From the NCBI GenBank assembly GCA_001770205.1, contig MEQL01000031.1, forward strand, positions 1-64,000: DNA of 64,000 nucleotides, written 5' to 3'. Within the stretch, counting starts at the first letter, position 1; each line of letters opens with the position of its first letter. This DNA comes from Bdellovibrionales bacterium RIFOXYD12_FULL_39_22. Lineage in GTDB: Bacteria > Bdellovibrionota > Bacteriovoracia > Bacteriovoracales > Bacteriovoracaceae. Both the position numbers and the translations under genes were made by a program. Shown one piece after another: positions 50,890 to 61,269 of the stretch. Below the pieces are notes generated by a model that saw nothing but the letters and a program-made list of their open reading frames with translations, was not told the DNA's origin and searched no databases.

Positions 50890-52002
50890 TTGGCAACACC
50901 GCCTCTAAAAAAAGCCGCCCCCGCAAGCACCGCCCCGGCCCCTACTCCGGCGGCCCAACAGGCGCAAAAAAAATCAGGACTGAAAACATTTAGTGCGGGG
51001 GCCATTATATTTAATGAAAATGACGTTGCCGATTCTTTATATATAATTCAGACCGGCCAAATAAGACTGTTTTTGCCAAAAGGCAGAGGCTTTGTTGATA
51101 TTGCCGTCTTGCGTGCGGGAGAAGTTATTGGAGAAATGGCGTATTTTGATGAAACCTCAAGACGTCGGAGTTGTTCGGCCTCGGCCATCGTGACTACTCA
51201 GGTAGTGGAGATCTCTTTTGTGGCCTTTGAAAAAACAATGTCTAGTTTAAATCCATGGTTTAAAACAATTATTAATACACTGGCCGGCCGTTTGCGAAAA
51301 ACAAATGCTAAGGTTAAAGAATTAGAATCCGCCTCTGTCGGTTTTGGAAAAGATGGCAAGGTATCAGACTATAAATTTATTCATTCGACAGATATAACAA
51401 AATTTCTTTCCATCGTCTATTTAGCGATGAAAACACATGGAGAGTTAAAAGATGGCGATACTCAATTACATATAGATAAAATAAAATTTTATGCATTTGA
51501 TATTTTTAATTATCCAGAAATAAAGATGGAAGAGCTCTTAAATCTTTTTGTTACCAACGGACAGATGACACTGGGAAAAGATGAGACAGGTCTTCCTAAA
51601 GTTTTACAGGTTCATGATTTAGAAACACTAAGAAGATTTTTACTTTTTTTCAATACACAACGCTTGACCGCCGATGACAAGAAATTAAAGATTTCGGATA
51701 AATGTGAAAAACTGCTAAAGAGAATTATGGATCAACTTGCGGATAAAAACACCAAAACAGATAAGGCCGCCGCTAATCTAACGGCAATCTTTGAAGAGTT
51801 TAAGGCCAAAAATATCCAGATTGGGAATGAAGATTTGGCCGATGCCATTAAGGCCGGTTTTTGTACAGAAATTGTAATTGGTAACAGCAACGTAATGACG
51901 GTAGATGTTAGCTATGAGAAATTAAAACAGACATTCCCTTCTATCAAAGTTATGAACGCCATTAATAAATTAAACGAAAGTAAGGCCCACGCCCATTACT
52001 AA
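50890..52002 (+). CDS. Cyclic nucleotide-binding (Crp-like) domain protein
   Basis: IFNEND..LYIIQTG..GEVIGEMAYF..RRSCSA; AGGAG RBS before TTG. Confidence 0.85.
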   Translation: MATPPLKKAAPASTAPAPTPAAQQAQKKSGLKTFSAGAIIFNENDVADSLYIIQTGQIRLFLPKGRGFVDIAVLRAGEVIGEMAYFDETSRRRSCSASAIVTTQVVEISFVAFEKTMSSLNPWFKTIINTLAGRLRKTNAKVKELESASVGFGKDGKVSDYKFIHSTDITKFLSIVYLAMKTHGELKDGDTQLHIDKIKFYAFDIFNYPEIKMEELLNLFVTNGQMTLGKDETGLPKVLQVHDLETLRRFLLFFNTQRLTADDKKLKISDKCEKLLKRIMDQLADKNTKTDKAAANLTAIFEEFKAKNIQIGNEDLADAIKAGFCTEIVIGNSNVMTVDVSYEKLKQTFPSIKVMNAINKLNESKAHAHY

Positions 52003-52018
52003 TACAAGATCATATTTA

Positions 52019-53452
52019 TTATTCAGCGGCCGCCGGGTAGTAGGTAAGACTGACAACGCTGCCATTGCTGTATATTGCGCTGCCGTGTAGTTTTAAAAAA
52101 TACCCTGTTTTAATGATCCCTGGCAGTTTCGGTGCTTCATTGTCGGGAGAAATAACTTTGATATTTTGAGATTGTCGATATCCAATGTACTCCCACCCGT
52201 TGGTTGTTGAGCGAGGAATATCTTTTCCATTTATCTTTAAAGCAATAGAATCTTCTTGCGGGCGCGCAGATAGTAAAACATGGCCATAGTAGGAGAGTGG
52301 CTCCTTGGTTTTTACAATCAGGCATTCTGGGTATTGCACGTAATTTTCTTGGCCATGAAGTTCTAGTAAATGGCCAGTGAAAGGTTCCCCGGGATTGGGA
52401 TGTAGTCTGGTGTTGTGATTGTATTGTATACCAGGTAAAATCGTAAAACCGTCACTGTCGGAGCGAGGTATTTCAACTCCAGTACTTTTGCGAACAGTAA
52501 CTTGTTCAGGGTCGAAGGAGGGATCGGTGGCAGAGGATATTGGCCAAAAATTATAAACGTGCTTTATCACTGTGTCTTGAATGGATTCATTAATTCCATC
52601 AAAGAGGTTATTAAAATTTGCACCGCAAATATCATAACTATCTGGTGTGGCCCTACTGTTTTGATCTGCAGGAGAAACGATGCCATTCAAGTATGGTTCA
52701 TCGTATATAAGCTTAGACATTTTTTTATAACTATAATTTGCCTTAAATCCGGTGGAACAATTTTGATGTGAAACTAGCGAAATAAAGCGAAATTGCTGAC
52801 TATGAAGTAGACTGTTACGTAATGATAGCAATTGGGCCTTTTGCTCAGAAATATGTAGGTCGGTTAATGGGCCACTGAAGTATCCGGCCCCATCAGTGAT
52901 GACATCGTCTTCATTGGACATTAATACTGTTATCAAGTATGAAGACTGGCGGAAGATTCCATTATGGTAACTATCGGTTACGAGTTCAACAGTACGTTCA
53001 AGTCCATGCTCATCAGAGCCGCCGCTTATTGGAAAATTAGAGAGCTTGCTGCCGGCCTGATCACGAGGAATTACCCGAGACAAGGCAGAAGCGGTAAGGC
53101 CATCAGGATTTTCGGTAACGATATAGGTGTCGGTAGGGCCAGTGCCATTTAGTGGAGCAAGAACTATTCGATAGTCAAATCTAGTGGCAACTAAATCAAT
53201 GGTGTTATTTAATGCTTTTTTAGTTGCATCTGTCACAAAAAGCTGACTACTAGAATTATCCCACAAAAAGAGAAAATCAACTCGTGGACGTATTAGCGTG
53301 AAGTTGGCGCAATCGTTTGTAGTTTTTGCCCACAATCCTGGTGAGGTTTGTGAGTCGACAATTTTATTTGCACCAAACTCTTCTTTCGCGCAAGACGTCA
53401 CGATAAAGGTTAATAGTAACAAAGCCAGGGATAGGACAAATTGTGATTTCAT
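52019..53452 (-). CDS. Lipoprotein with vWA-like domain
   Basis: Lipobox VTSC; VDFLFLWDNSSS (DxSxS MIDAS-like); VLMSNEDD. Confidence 0.7.
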   Translation of the reverse strand: MKSQFVLSLALLLLTFIVTSCAKEEFGANKIVDSQTSPGLWAKTTNDCANFTLIRPRVDFLFLWDNSSSQLFVTDATKKALNNTIDLVATRFDYRIVLAPLNGTGPTDTYIVTENPDGLTASALSRVIPRDQAGSKLSNFPISGGSDEHGLERTVELVTDSYHNGIFRQSSYLITVLMSNEDDVITDGAGYFSGPLTDLHISEQKAQLLSLRNSLLHSQQFRFISLVSHQNCSTGFKANYSYKKMSKLIYDEPYLNGIVSPADQNSRATPDSYDICGANFNNLFDGINESIQDTVIKHVYNFWPISSATDPSFDPEQVTVRKSTGVEIPRSDSDGFTILPGIQYNHNTRLHPNPGEPFTGHLLELHGQENYVQYPECLIVKTKEPLSYYGHVLLSARPQEDSIALKINGKDIPRSTTNGWEYIGYRQSQNIKVISPDNEAPKLPGIIKTGYFLKLHGSAIYSNGSVVSLTYYPAAAE

Positions 53453-53485
53453 AATTGACCTTTTTTATTTTTTACACCTAATACC

Positions 53486-53511
53486 TTATCGGAGATTTTT
53501 AAAATTATTGA
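53486..53511 (-). promoter_or_regulatory. Sigma-28 (FliA)-like promoter
   Basis: Minus strand TCAA-N14-TCCGATAA, 33 nt upstream of the vWA lipoprotein. Confidence 0.45.
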
Positions 53512-53670
53512 AGAAGATTGAAGAATTTTTGTAAAAAATGGCCGAGTAAAATACTTATAGGTCATAGGCCTTAAGAGGGGCAAATATCGCCCATCTTCTT
53601 TCTATGATTTCAGAGATTTAAAATCTAAGTAAGAGGCAGTTTGAGTATCAACTTAAGATGGAGCAGATCT

Positions 53671-54579
53671 ATGGCAGCAAATTGGTATTATGTTTTGGAT
53701 AACGAGCGAGTTGGGCCAGTTTCTCAAGAGGAGTTAGAAAAACTTTTCTCGGAAGGAACATTGTTTGAAGAAAGTTTTGTTTGGCAAAAAGGTTTTGATA
53801 ATTGGAAACATATACAGGATGTTCCGGCACTGGAGTATCTATACAAAAAAGAAATTGCCCCTGAAGTCAAACGAGATGTTCCGGTTGAAAAAAAACTGGC
53901 AACGGAAAAAAATATTGATAATAAATTTAGCGAGGACCTAACGTTACATTTAGAGGAGTCAGAGGATTCAGATGATTATGCTGCTGCCCCAGAAAAGATC
54001 GAACACAAAAAAGATGAAGTGGTAGAATTTAATTGGGCAACGGTCTCTTTTGATGATCGAATTTTTACTATTAAAACGGGGATTGATCGTAACGGAGTGG
54101 AAAACGAATATGGGCCTTACGCTTTAAATTTTATAAAGAAACTTTTTGAGGAAAAGCGGATTAATGGTAAGACATTAATTTTTTCACCGGGAATGACGGC
54201 ATGGATTTTTCTGGCAGATACACCTATTTATGAGAAGCTGTTTGCAGCATTGCCACCAATCATTGATGAAGTAGATCGTAGAAAAAGTACTAGACGTCCC
54301 TTTGTGGCCAGACTTCTCTTTCACGATCAGACTAAGGTATATGAAGGAATTTGTCGGGATATATCGATTGGTGGACTACAGATTTTGGTGGCCGACTGTC
54401 CGTTGGTACTGGGGAATACAATTTCAATGAATGTACATCCAGATAATGGAGAGAGAAGCTTTGTTGCTCAAGGCAAAATTGTTCGTGTTTTGACGGATAG
54501 TTTGGGTTTTTCTTTGAGATTTGTCGGATTAAATGAGGAGGCAAGAAAATCCATTGAAGAGTACATTAATCAAAATTAG
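53671..54579 (+). CDS. Tandem GYF_2 (DUF4339) + PilZ domain protein
   Basis: WYY..GPVS..VWQKGFDNW; second GPY..IFSPGMTAW; PilZ RKSTR and DISIGG. Confidence 0.85.
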   Translation: MAANWYYVLDNERVGPVSQEELEKLFSEGTLFEESFVWQKGFDNWKHIQDVPALEYLYKKEIAPEVKRDVPVEKKLATEKNIDNKFSEDLTLHLEESEDSDDYAAAPEKIEHKKDEVVEFNWATVSFDDRIFTIKTGIDRNGVENEYGPYALNFIKKLFEEKRINGKTLIFSPGMTAWIFLADTPIYEKLFAALPPIIDEVDRRKSTRRPFVARLLFHDQTKVYEGICRDISIGGLQILVADCPLVLGNTISMNVHPDNGERSFVAQGKIVRVLTDSLGFSLRFVGLNEEARKSIEEYINQN

Positions 54580-54668
54580 ATATTTCAACTTTATGAAACC
54601 TATCTTAGAATAGATAATGAAGTGATTTTTCATGGTGTTGTTTTTTTATGGGAGTGTTGGTGTAACAG

Positions 54669-55208
54669 ATGGCCCAATTTTTTTCTTTCTTTATTTTTTT
54701 TAGCATGTGCTTTTTATTTTCCTGCTCAACGCTTACCAAACAACTTATAGACTACGGTGATTTTTCGATGAACGGTGGTGTTTACAAGAATCAACGGTGG
54801 AGTGGTTCGTTAAGATTTAAAAGAGTTAGTTGGTTTCATGAATTTTCGATGTTTTTTGATGTTAATGTTACCCGTTTTGATATTAAAAGTCCTTTTGTCA
54901 ATTGGTTGTCCGCAGATGAATTAGCGGAAATTAATGCTTGCAAGGATTTTTTAATAACACTAAGTTATGCTGCCGATGAAGAAAAAATTTCACAGAGAAT
55001 GTTTCTAGATGAAATGGCCAGAAATGGGTTTGATAAAATAATGCTTCCTAATTTTGAGACGCATCTAAAATTACATCCAGATTTTGATCGATCATCACTT
55101 TCTTTGTACAAACTATATGGCCATTGCAACAAAAACGGTAGTGGGCCAGTCGAAAACATTACGATTGGATTGCCGGGATTTTCCGAAGCTAATATCTTGC
55201 TTAATTGA
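54669..55208 (+). CDS. Hypothetical lipoprotein
   Basis: Hydrophobic leader with LFSC lipobox. Confidence 0.65.
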   Translation: MAQFFSFFIFFSMCFLFSCSTLTKQLIDYGDFSMNGGVYKNQRWSGSLRFKRVSWFHEFSMFFDVNVTRFDIKSPFVNWLSADELAEINACKDFLITLSYAADEEKISQRMFLDEMARNGFDKIMLPNFETHLKLHPDFDRSSLSLYKLYGHCNKNGSGPVENITIGLPGFSEANILLN

Positions 55209-55231
55209 TTTATTTGAGATGATGGCCTTAT

Positions 55232-57325
55232 ATGGGTGAAGTAAAAAAAACTAAAATAATAAAAGAAAGATTTGGGAGATATCTCTTATTAGATCATGTG
55301 GTTGATGGTGGGATGGCCAAGATTTGCCGTGCTAGAACATTAGGGGATAAGGCAGATAAGATTGTGGCCATAAAAATGATTCAACCTCAGTACTCTGATG
55401 ATGCGGCATTTAAAACGATGTTTTTGGATGAGATAAAAGTCACCTTTGGACTTAATCATCCTAATATTGCTCAAACTTATGATTATGGTATCTATGGTGG
55501 CCAACTATATACTGCCATGGAATATGTTGATGGGAAGAATTTAAAACAGTATTTAGAAAAACTACAGGAAAAAAGATTTGTTTTTCCTGTAGAGATCTCG
55601 GTATATATTGTTTCGCAAGTTTGTCAGGGACTGCATTATGCTCATCGCCATGTTGATAAATTAACAGGCCGAGCGGCCAAAATAATTCATCGTGATGTTT
55701 CCCCTCATAATATCATGTTAACCTATGATGGAGCGGTTAAGTTGATTGATTTTGGTATCGCCAAATCAGTTACTAACGTAGATGAAACGCAAACGGGAAC
55801 CATAAAAGGAAAACTATCATATATTGCTCCGGAATATTTGGATGGAAAAGAGTTAGATGGAAGGTATGATGAATTTTCTTTGGGGGTAACTATTTGGGAA
55901 ATGCTTTGTAGCAGGAAGTTATTTGCGGCATCAAATGATCTTGCTGTTTTAAAGTTGATCCAGAAGTGTAAAATTCCGCCTCCTTCCTCCATAAATCCGA
56001 ATGTACCCAAAGAGTTAGATGAAATTATTTTGAAGGCGCTATCTAAGTCTCCAGATAATCGTTATGAAGATTGTGATAAATTTAATAGAGCTTTAGTTAA
56101 ATTTTTATATTCTACTTATCCAGATTTTAATCCTACCGATTTAGCGCAGTTTGCCAGAGAGTTGTTTAAGGAAGATATAAAAGTAGATCGAGATAGAATT
56201 TTGCAATTCGGCCAGATCGATTTAAAACCATTTCTCAAAGAATTAGAGAGAGATCAGCAAACGCCTGACAACATTAGTTTTTCACCATCTAGTTTCGAGG
56301 TATCCGGCCCTACTGCCATAAGTCCTCTTGGTGATAAAAAAGAGATTTTGCAAGGAGAGTCAGAATCAGCATCAGGCAAACCTGCCGGCAATGATAAAAA
56401 AGACAAGTTAACGGAGGCAGAAAAAAGAAGAGGGCCGGAATTTGATTTTTCAGATTCACAATTAGGCCAAGATCCAGAGAAAAAATTGGCGGCAATTAGA
56501 CGCAATAAAAAAGAGGCAAAGGTGGAGACGTCTTCAGATCCCACCCCATTGTCGGTGTCTAGTGGCAACAGAAAAATTGCTTTAGAAAAAAAATTACGAA
56601 AAGAGATTTTTCCAGGAAAAATGTCCTCCAAGGCAGACGGTAAAGAAGGAGGGAGAGGGATAAAAATTGAAGAGATGGAAAAAAAAGCATCTTTCGGCAA
56701 ATTGGTTTTAATGGGAATTATTGTTGTATTGGCAATCTTATTGTTTGTAGATATTCCAATGATAAATGATAGTGGAATTAAGCGCAAAGTTTTAGGTGAT
56801 GCCAAAAATAATGCTACTCCAGCTCCTCAAATAGGAAAAATTAATATTACAAACTATTCTTCGTTTAAGCATAAAGTATTTATTAATGATGTATTAAGTG
56901 AAGTTTCTTTGGTGGGAGAGGTGGAAGTTGAGCTTAACAAGGAAGTATTTTTGCGAGTTGAAGAGAGTGAGCGAGAACATTTTGTTACTACTGTGATGTT
57001 GGATAGTTCTGCACAGCAGAAAAATGTGGAAATTCCAGAGATGGCACCAAGCTCCTATGGTTATCTGATAACTTCTCGGGCCTGTGTTAATGGACAGCTG
57101 TTTTTTGAACTTTTTGGGGAGAAAAGATTGGTAAAGTTGCCAATTGCTTCCAAAGAAGGAATTGCGTTTCCGATTAATAGAGATAGTTTTGGAAATGTAG
57201 TGCCGCGAACGCATAATATTAAATATCGCTTGGCGGGAGATACCATTGATCGAGATATTTCTTTTACTATCAAACGAGTTGCTGATCAGGTAGATTTGTG
57301 CGATTTAGTTAGTCGGCGGCAATGA
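55232..57325 (+). CDS. Hanks-type Ser/Thr protein kinase, single-pass membrane
   Basis: GGMA, AIK, HRDVSPHN, DFG, YIAPE; TM LVLMGIIVVLAILLFV; extracytoplasmic C-terminus. Confidence 0.95.
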   Translation: MGEVKKTKIIKERFGRYLLLDHVVDGGMAKICRARTLGDKADKIVAIKMIQPQYSDDAAFKTMFLDEIKVTFGLNHPNIAQTYDYGIYGGQLYTAMEYVDGKNLKQYLEKLQEKRFVFPVEISVYIVSQVCQGLHYAHRHVDKLTGRAAKIIHRDVSPHNIMLTYDGAVKLIDFGIAKSVTNVDETQTGTIKGKLSYIAPEYLDGKELDGRYDEFSLGVTIWEMLCSRKLFAASNDLAVLKLIQKCKIPPPSSINPNVPKELDEIILKALSKSPDNRYEDCDKFNRALVKFLYSTYPDFNPTDLAQFARELFKEDIKVDRDRILQFGQIDLKPFLKELERDQQTPDNISFSPSSFEVSGPTAISPLGDKKEILQGESESASGKPAGNDKKDKLTEAEKRRGPEFDFSDSQLGQDPEKKLAAIRRNKKEAKVETSSDPTPLSVSSGNRKIALEKKLRKEIFPGKMSSKADGKEGGRGIKIEEMEKKASFGKLVLMGIIVVLAILLFVDIPMINDSGIKRKVLGDAKNNATPAPQIGKINITNYSSFKHKVFINDVLSEVSLVGEVEVELNKEVFLRVEESEREHFVTTVMLDSSAQQKNVEIPEMAPSSYGYLITSRACVNGQLFFELFGEKRLVKLPIASKEGIAFPINRDSFGNVVPRTHNIKYRLAGDTIDRDISFTIKRVADQVDLCDLVSRRQ

Positions 57326-59193
57326 TTGAGCTAATCAAAAAAACAAATGTATATATTTTCATTGGGACGGTTGTTCAGTTAGTAATATACTCTTTTTTTT
57401 TTCAAAGCTTCTTTCGTGCCAATCAATTTAGTGCCAAGGCACAAGATTATTTATATTTGTCACTATATATCTTTGCCATTTTTTTTATTGCAAAACATTT
57501 TTTTCAAATAATAATTTTACCGCTTGTTCGCTTGCTATCGGCCGAAAGATATAATCGCTATATCCAATTGGGACATGAGATTATCTGGATATCTTTTAGT
57601 ATTGTTGATTGTATCGTCTATGATTTGCAAGGAGTGCATGTATATGACCGAGACGTCTTAGAAGTTTTAGGGACTCCTGAAATTTATAAAGTATTTAACA
57701 TTACGCTAACAACTTATGCCAGTTTGGGGATTGGGCTCGCAATTTTGGCCGCTATTTTGTTTTCGATTTTTGTTTTTGTAGATAAGCGCTTTGTGCGCCT
57801 ATTAAGGGGAATAATTGTTGCGGAGGCGGTAGTGACATTGTTGGTTGCTACTTTATCTTTTAATTTTTTTCATGCCTATTCTCGTCAGCGAGGAGAAGTA
57901 TTGAGTCTATATCCTCTTTTGGTATTAATCAGACAGCGTCCAAGTAATGAACCATTAACCTTAAATTATGATACCTCCGCATTAAAAAATATTAAGCTAA
58001 AAAAACGGCCCAACATAATTTACGTATTAACGGAGTCATTGCGCGCTGAAATATTCAATGCGGAGAGTATGCCAAAACTTTTTGAGTTTTTTTCTCGAAA
58101 AAATTGTCTCTCTCCAGACAGGGCCTTTAGTGGCGGGCATACAACAGTATATGGTGTTTTTAGTGGATTATATGGATTGTGGGGATATCATTACGCCAAC
58201 TTTAAAGAAAAACGTGCTCTTCCAGGAGGAATAGAAATTTTAAAAAGCAACGGTTATAAAGTTTGGGGAGGAGTTTCGGCGGCAACTAAGTTTCATCAAT
58301 ATAATCAGGCCGGATTCATGTTTAAAGGATTAGACGAATACAAGGAATTAGTTGGAATAAGAGGAAAGATGTATGAGAGCGATCAGGCTCTTTTGCGCTG
58401 GGGAAGTAAGCAGATTATAAATAATTCGAAAAATCCTTTCTTCATGTTTACTTTTATCTTTAGTACCCACTCAAATTATATTTATCCACCGGAGTATGAA
58501 CGATTTTTACCGGTGGCCGAAAAAGATTTTAACCATCTTTCTATTATGTCTGGCGATGGGCGAGAAGAGCGACTAAAATTAATCTATAATCGCTATAAAA
58601 ATGCTTCTTATTTTGTTGATAGCATGGTGTATGATTATTTAAATTCAATTTCCCAAGATGTTTTGGCCAATAGCGTGGTAGTTTTTACGGGAGATCATGG
58701 ACAAGAATTTGGCGAAGAGGGGGCCTGGGGACATGCTAAGACAAATTATATAAATCCTAAAGTTAAAATACCGATGGCATTGTGTATGCCTGAAGAGTAT
58801 CAAATAAAAAAAGGCCCAAACATTCCTATCGCTGCACATGTAGATATTTTCCCTACTATTTTAGATTATGCGTTAGAAGAAGATGCTGTTGCTGAATCTA
58901 TTATTGATAAATATTTTAATGGAGTTTCTCTTTTACGCAGGCCACAGGATGGCCGCTATTTGGTTGTAACTTCTCCTCTTTTTCCATATGAGAGGAATAA
59001 GTTGGGAATTATTACCTCTCAATATAAATTTTGGTTGAAAAAAACCACTGAAACCTTAGATCACTATTATTTGTATCGGATTGCTGATTTGGACGATAAG
59101 AAAGTTTCTGGTTCTCAGAGTTATAAATTTATTTATCAAGACGTCATGAATAGATTCACCAAAGACGCCTATAAGTTTTTGCAACGGCCATAG
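57322..59193 (+). CDS. Membrane sulfatase/alkaline-phosphatase superfamily protein (YejM/LtaS-like)
   Basis: 5 N-terminal TM segments; PNIIYVLTESLR, FTGDHG, WGH, HVDIFPTIL. Confidence 0.8.
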   Translation: MIELIKKTNVYIFIGTVVQLVIYSFFFQSFFRANQFSAKAQDYLYLSLYIFAIFFIAKHFFQIIILPLVRLLSAERYNRYIQLGHEIIWISFSIVDCIVYDLQGVHVYDRDVLEVLGTPEIYKVFNITLTTYASLGIGLAILAAILFSIFVFVDKRFVRLLRGIIVAEAVVTLLVATLSFNFFHAYSRQRGEVLSLYPLLVLIRQRPSNEPLTLNYDTSALKNIKLKKRPNIIYVLTESLRAEIFNAESMPKLFEFFSRKNCLSPDRAFSGGHTTVYGVFSGLYGLWGYHYANFKEKRALPGGIEILKSNGYKVWGGVSAATKFHQYNQAGFMFKGLDEYKELVGIRGKMYESDQALLRWGSKQIINNSKNPFFMFTFIFSTHSNYIYPPEYERFLPVAEKDFNHLSIMSGDGREERLKLIYNRYKNASYFVDSMVYDYLNSISQDVLANSVVVFTGDHGQEFGEEGAWGHAKTNYINPKVKIPMALCMPEEYQIKKGPNIPIAAHVDIFPTILDYALEEDAVAESIIDKYFNGVSLLRRPQDGRYLVVTSPLFPYERNKLGIITSQYKFWLKKTTETLDHYYLYRIADLDDKKVSGSQSYKFIYQDVMNRFTKDAYKFLQRP

Positions 59194-59255
59194 AGCGAGT
59201 GCTGTTTTTATACGTAAATAGGCAAAATTTTCCTTACAAGAAATAATTAATAAAA

Positions 59256-59927
59256 ATGCGATATAATTTGACTAATGTTATCAGTAGAGGAGGTTGTATA
59301 AACATTCCGGCAATTGCGAGCAGAACTTATACTCGACTAAAACAAGAGGCCCATTATAGCTCGCTGGTTCAAACGTTTGCAGATAAACTAAAAGAAATAA
59401 AATCACTATTTGAGCGAGTCAAATTTTTCCATCAGAAAGTAGATGAGGCGGTTAATAAAGTATTAAGTAATGAATTTGTTTCACCGCGAATTAGTTGCAG
59501 GCCTGGTTGTGCTCATTGCTGCTATACCCAAGTCAGCGTAACTCAAGATGAGGCAGAAATATTAGCATCTAGAATAATTGCTAACGCTGATGAGTTTGAC
59601 ATGGGCCGTCTTCTTGTGCAGGCACAAGCATTAAATTCTGCTGATAAATGGTATGGATTATCCTGCGCTAAGAGGAGATGCCTTTTTTTAAATGATGATA
59701 ATCTTTGTTCGGTTTATGAAGATCGACCGGCCGTTTGTCGGGCCAATTATGTTTTAAGTGCCAAAGAGAGTTGCTCTACCGAAGATGGGCAAGAACATCA
59801 TGTTCGCTTGCTAAGCACTGCGGATGCAGACATGATAATTGTTGGAGCGTTTGTCCATTCTGCAGAAAACGGGGCTTTGCCATTTATGTTGTGGCGGGCC
59901 ATCAATAAGCTAAAGAATCAACGCTAA
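59256..59927 (+). CDS. YkgJ-family cysteine-cluster protein
   Basis: CRPGCAHCC..CLFL..CSVYEDRPAVCR. Confidence 0.85.
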   Translation: MRYNLTNVISRGGCINIPAIASRTYTRLKQEAHYSSLVQTFADKLKEIKSLFERVKFFHQKVDEAVNKVLSNEFVSPRISCRPGCAHCCYTQVSVTQDEAEILASRIIANADEFDMGRLLVQAQALNSADKWYGLSCAKRRCLFLNDDNLCSVYEDRPAVCRANYVLSAKESCSTEDGQEHHVRLLSTADADMIIVGAFVHSAENGALPFMLWRAINKLKNQR

Positions 59928-60096
59928 AATCAAATTATAGAACAATAAGGTAAATATATGATCAAACTATTTGCATATAGTAATTATATATTAACTGTGG
60001 ATTTATTTACCTCTCATTCAAAACTGATTAAAAGTTTAAAATAATGTAAAGTAGATTTATTAGGGAGAGGCTTGGTCTACTGAGGATATTAAATAT

Positions 60097-60702
60097 ATGA
60101 TAATTTACAAAACCATAGGATGTTTATTGTTGGTGGTGACGTTAACTTCTTGCAGTTCGGGATTGTTGAATATTTCCACAGTTCCAGAAAAAGTTAGTGT
60201 CAAGATTCGAGAAGAGGATGGACAGATTCGCGATTTAGGATTAACTCCTGTTCGAATGGACAGTAGTGATTTTTTTAAAGGAAATAATTTTGTGCAAGTT
60301 ATTCTATCAAAGGAAGGATATGATAACGAGAAGATTGTTCTTATAAGGCCATCGTTGGAAGGATCGATTACACTATCCGTGGAAATGCTCAAAGGCGGTG
60401 GCAGTGTTAAAGAAGCACTATCATCAGTAGAATTAGAACGATTAGCGACATTAATTGCATCCTCTCAACAATTTTTTTATGCAAAGAAATATTCAGAGGC
60501 CGAAAATTCTTTAAAGAAATTAATCATAGAATTCCCAGATGTCAGTCTTTCTTACGATTTACTGGGAAACATATACTATCTTCAAAATCAGCATGAGAAG
60601 GCCCTGGGAATGTATAGGCGAGCAGATGAAATTTCTCCTCGCAATATTGAACGAAATAGAATGATTGATAAATTACAACAAGAATTTCCTGAAAAAAAAT
60701 AG
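60097..60702 (+). CDS. Lipoprotein with PEGA-like and TPR domains
   Basis: LTSC lipobox; ISTVPEKV..LGLTP..SKEGY; LLGNIYY..ALGMYRRA TPR. Confidence 0.75.
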   Translation: MIIYKTIGCLLLVVTLTSCSSGLLNISTVPEKVSVKIREEDGQIRDLGLTPVRMDSSDFFKGNNFVQVILSKEGYDNEKIVLIRPSLEGSITLSVEMLKGGGSVKEALSSVELERLATLIASSQQFFYAKKYSEAENSLKKLIIEFPDVSLSYDLLGNIYYLQNQHEKALGMYRRADEISPRNIERNRMIDKLQQEFPEKK

Positions 60703-60714
60703 CGAGAGGCGATA

Positions 60715-61269
60715 ATGTTTAAAGTGTGGTATTTTTTTCTTATCTTTTGTCTCTGTTTTAGTAGTACAACCATTTTGGCGGGGAAAATGGGTCTATTAGC
60801 AGGAGGATTTACGATTAATGCAGTGGTAAGATCACAGGCATCATCAATATCTAATTTTGGAATTTACCGCTTTAATTATTTCCAAGAAGTAATTCCGCAA
60901 ATAGATTTGATGGCCGGATATACACTCATAATGGAAGATTCTGTTAGCGGAGATCTTGGTTTTGGAATTGATATTGGGCCATATTTTTATCCGTACGGTA
61001 GTCGAACTTCACAACATATTAATATTAACAATATATCCTTGCAAACCGTCAGAGAATGGAATCCTTTTTTGGCAATTCATTTTCATCAAAGACAGTTTCA
61101 GTCTATATCAAGTAATTATGCAGGATTTGGTGCCAGTGGAGGAATTGAACGTGCTTGGAAGAAAAATTTACTAGTAATTGGAGAATTGACTTATATTAAT
61201 TTAAGCGGACCTAGTGATTCTTCAGCGGTCGAATTGGATATGACGTTAGGGGTTGTCTATGTTTTTTAA
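60715..61269 (+). CDS. Small outer-membrane beta-barrel protein
   Basis: Signal peptide, alternating amphipathic strands, C-terminal Phe (GVVYVF). Confidence 0.65.
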   Translation: MFKVWYFFLIFCLCFSSTTILAGKMGLLAGGFTINAVVRSQASSISNFGIYRFNYFQEVIPQIDLMAGYTLIMEDSVSGDLGFGIDIGPYFYPYGSRTSQHININNISLQTVREWNPFLAIHFHQRQFQSISSNYAGFGASGGIERAWKKNLLVIGELTYINLSGPSDSSAVELDMTLGVVYVF

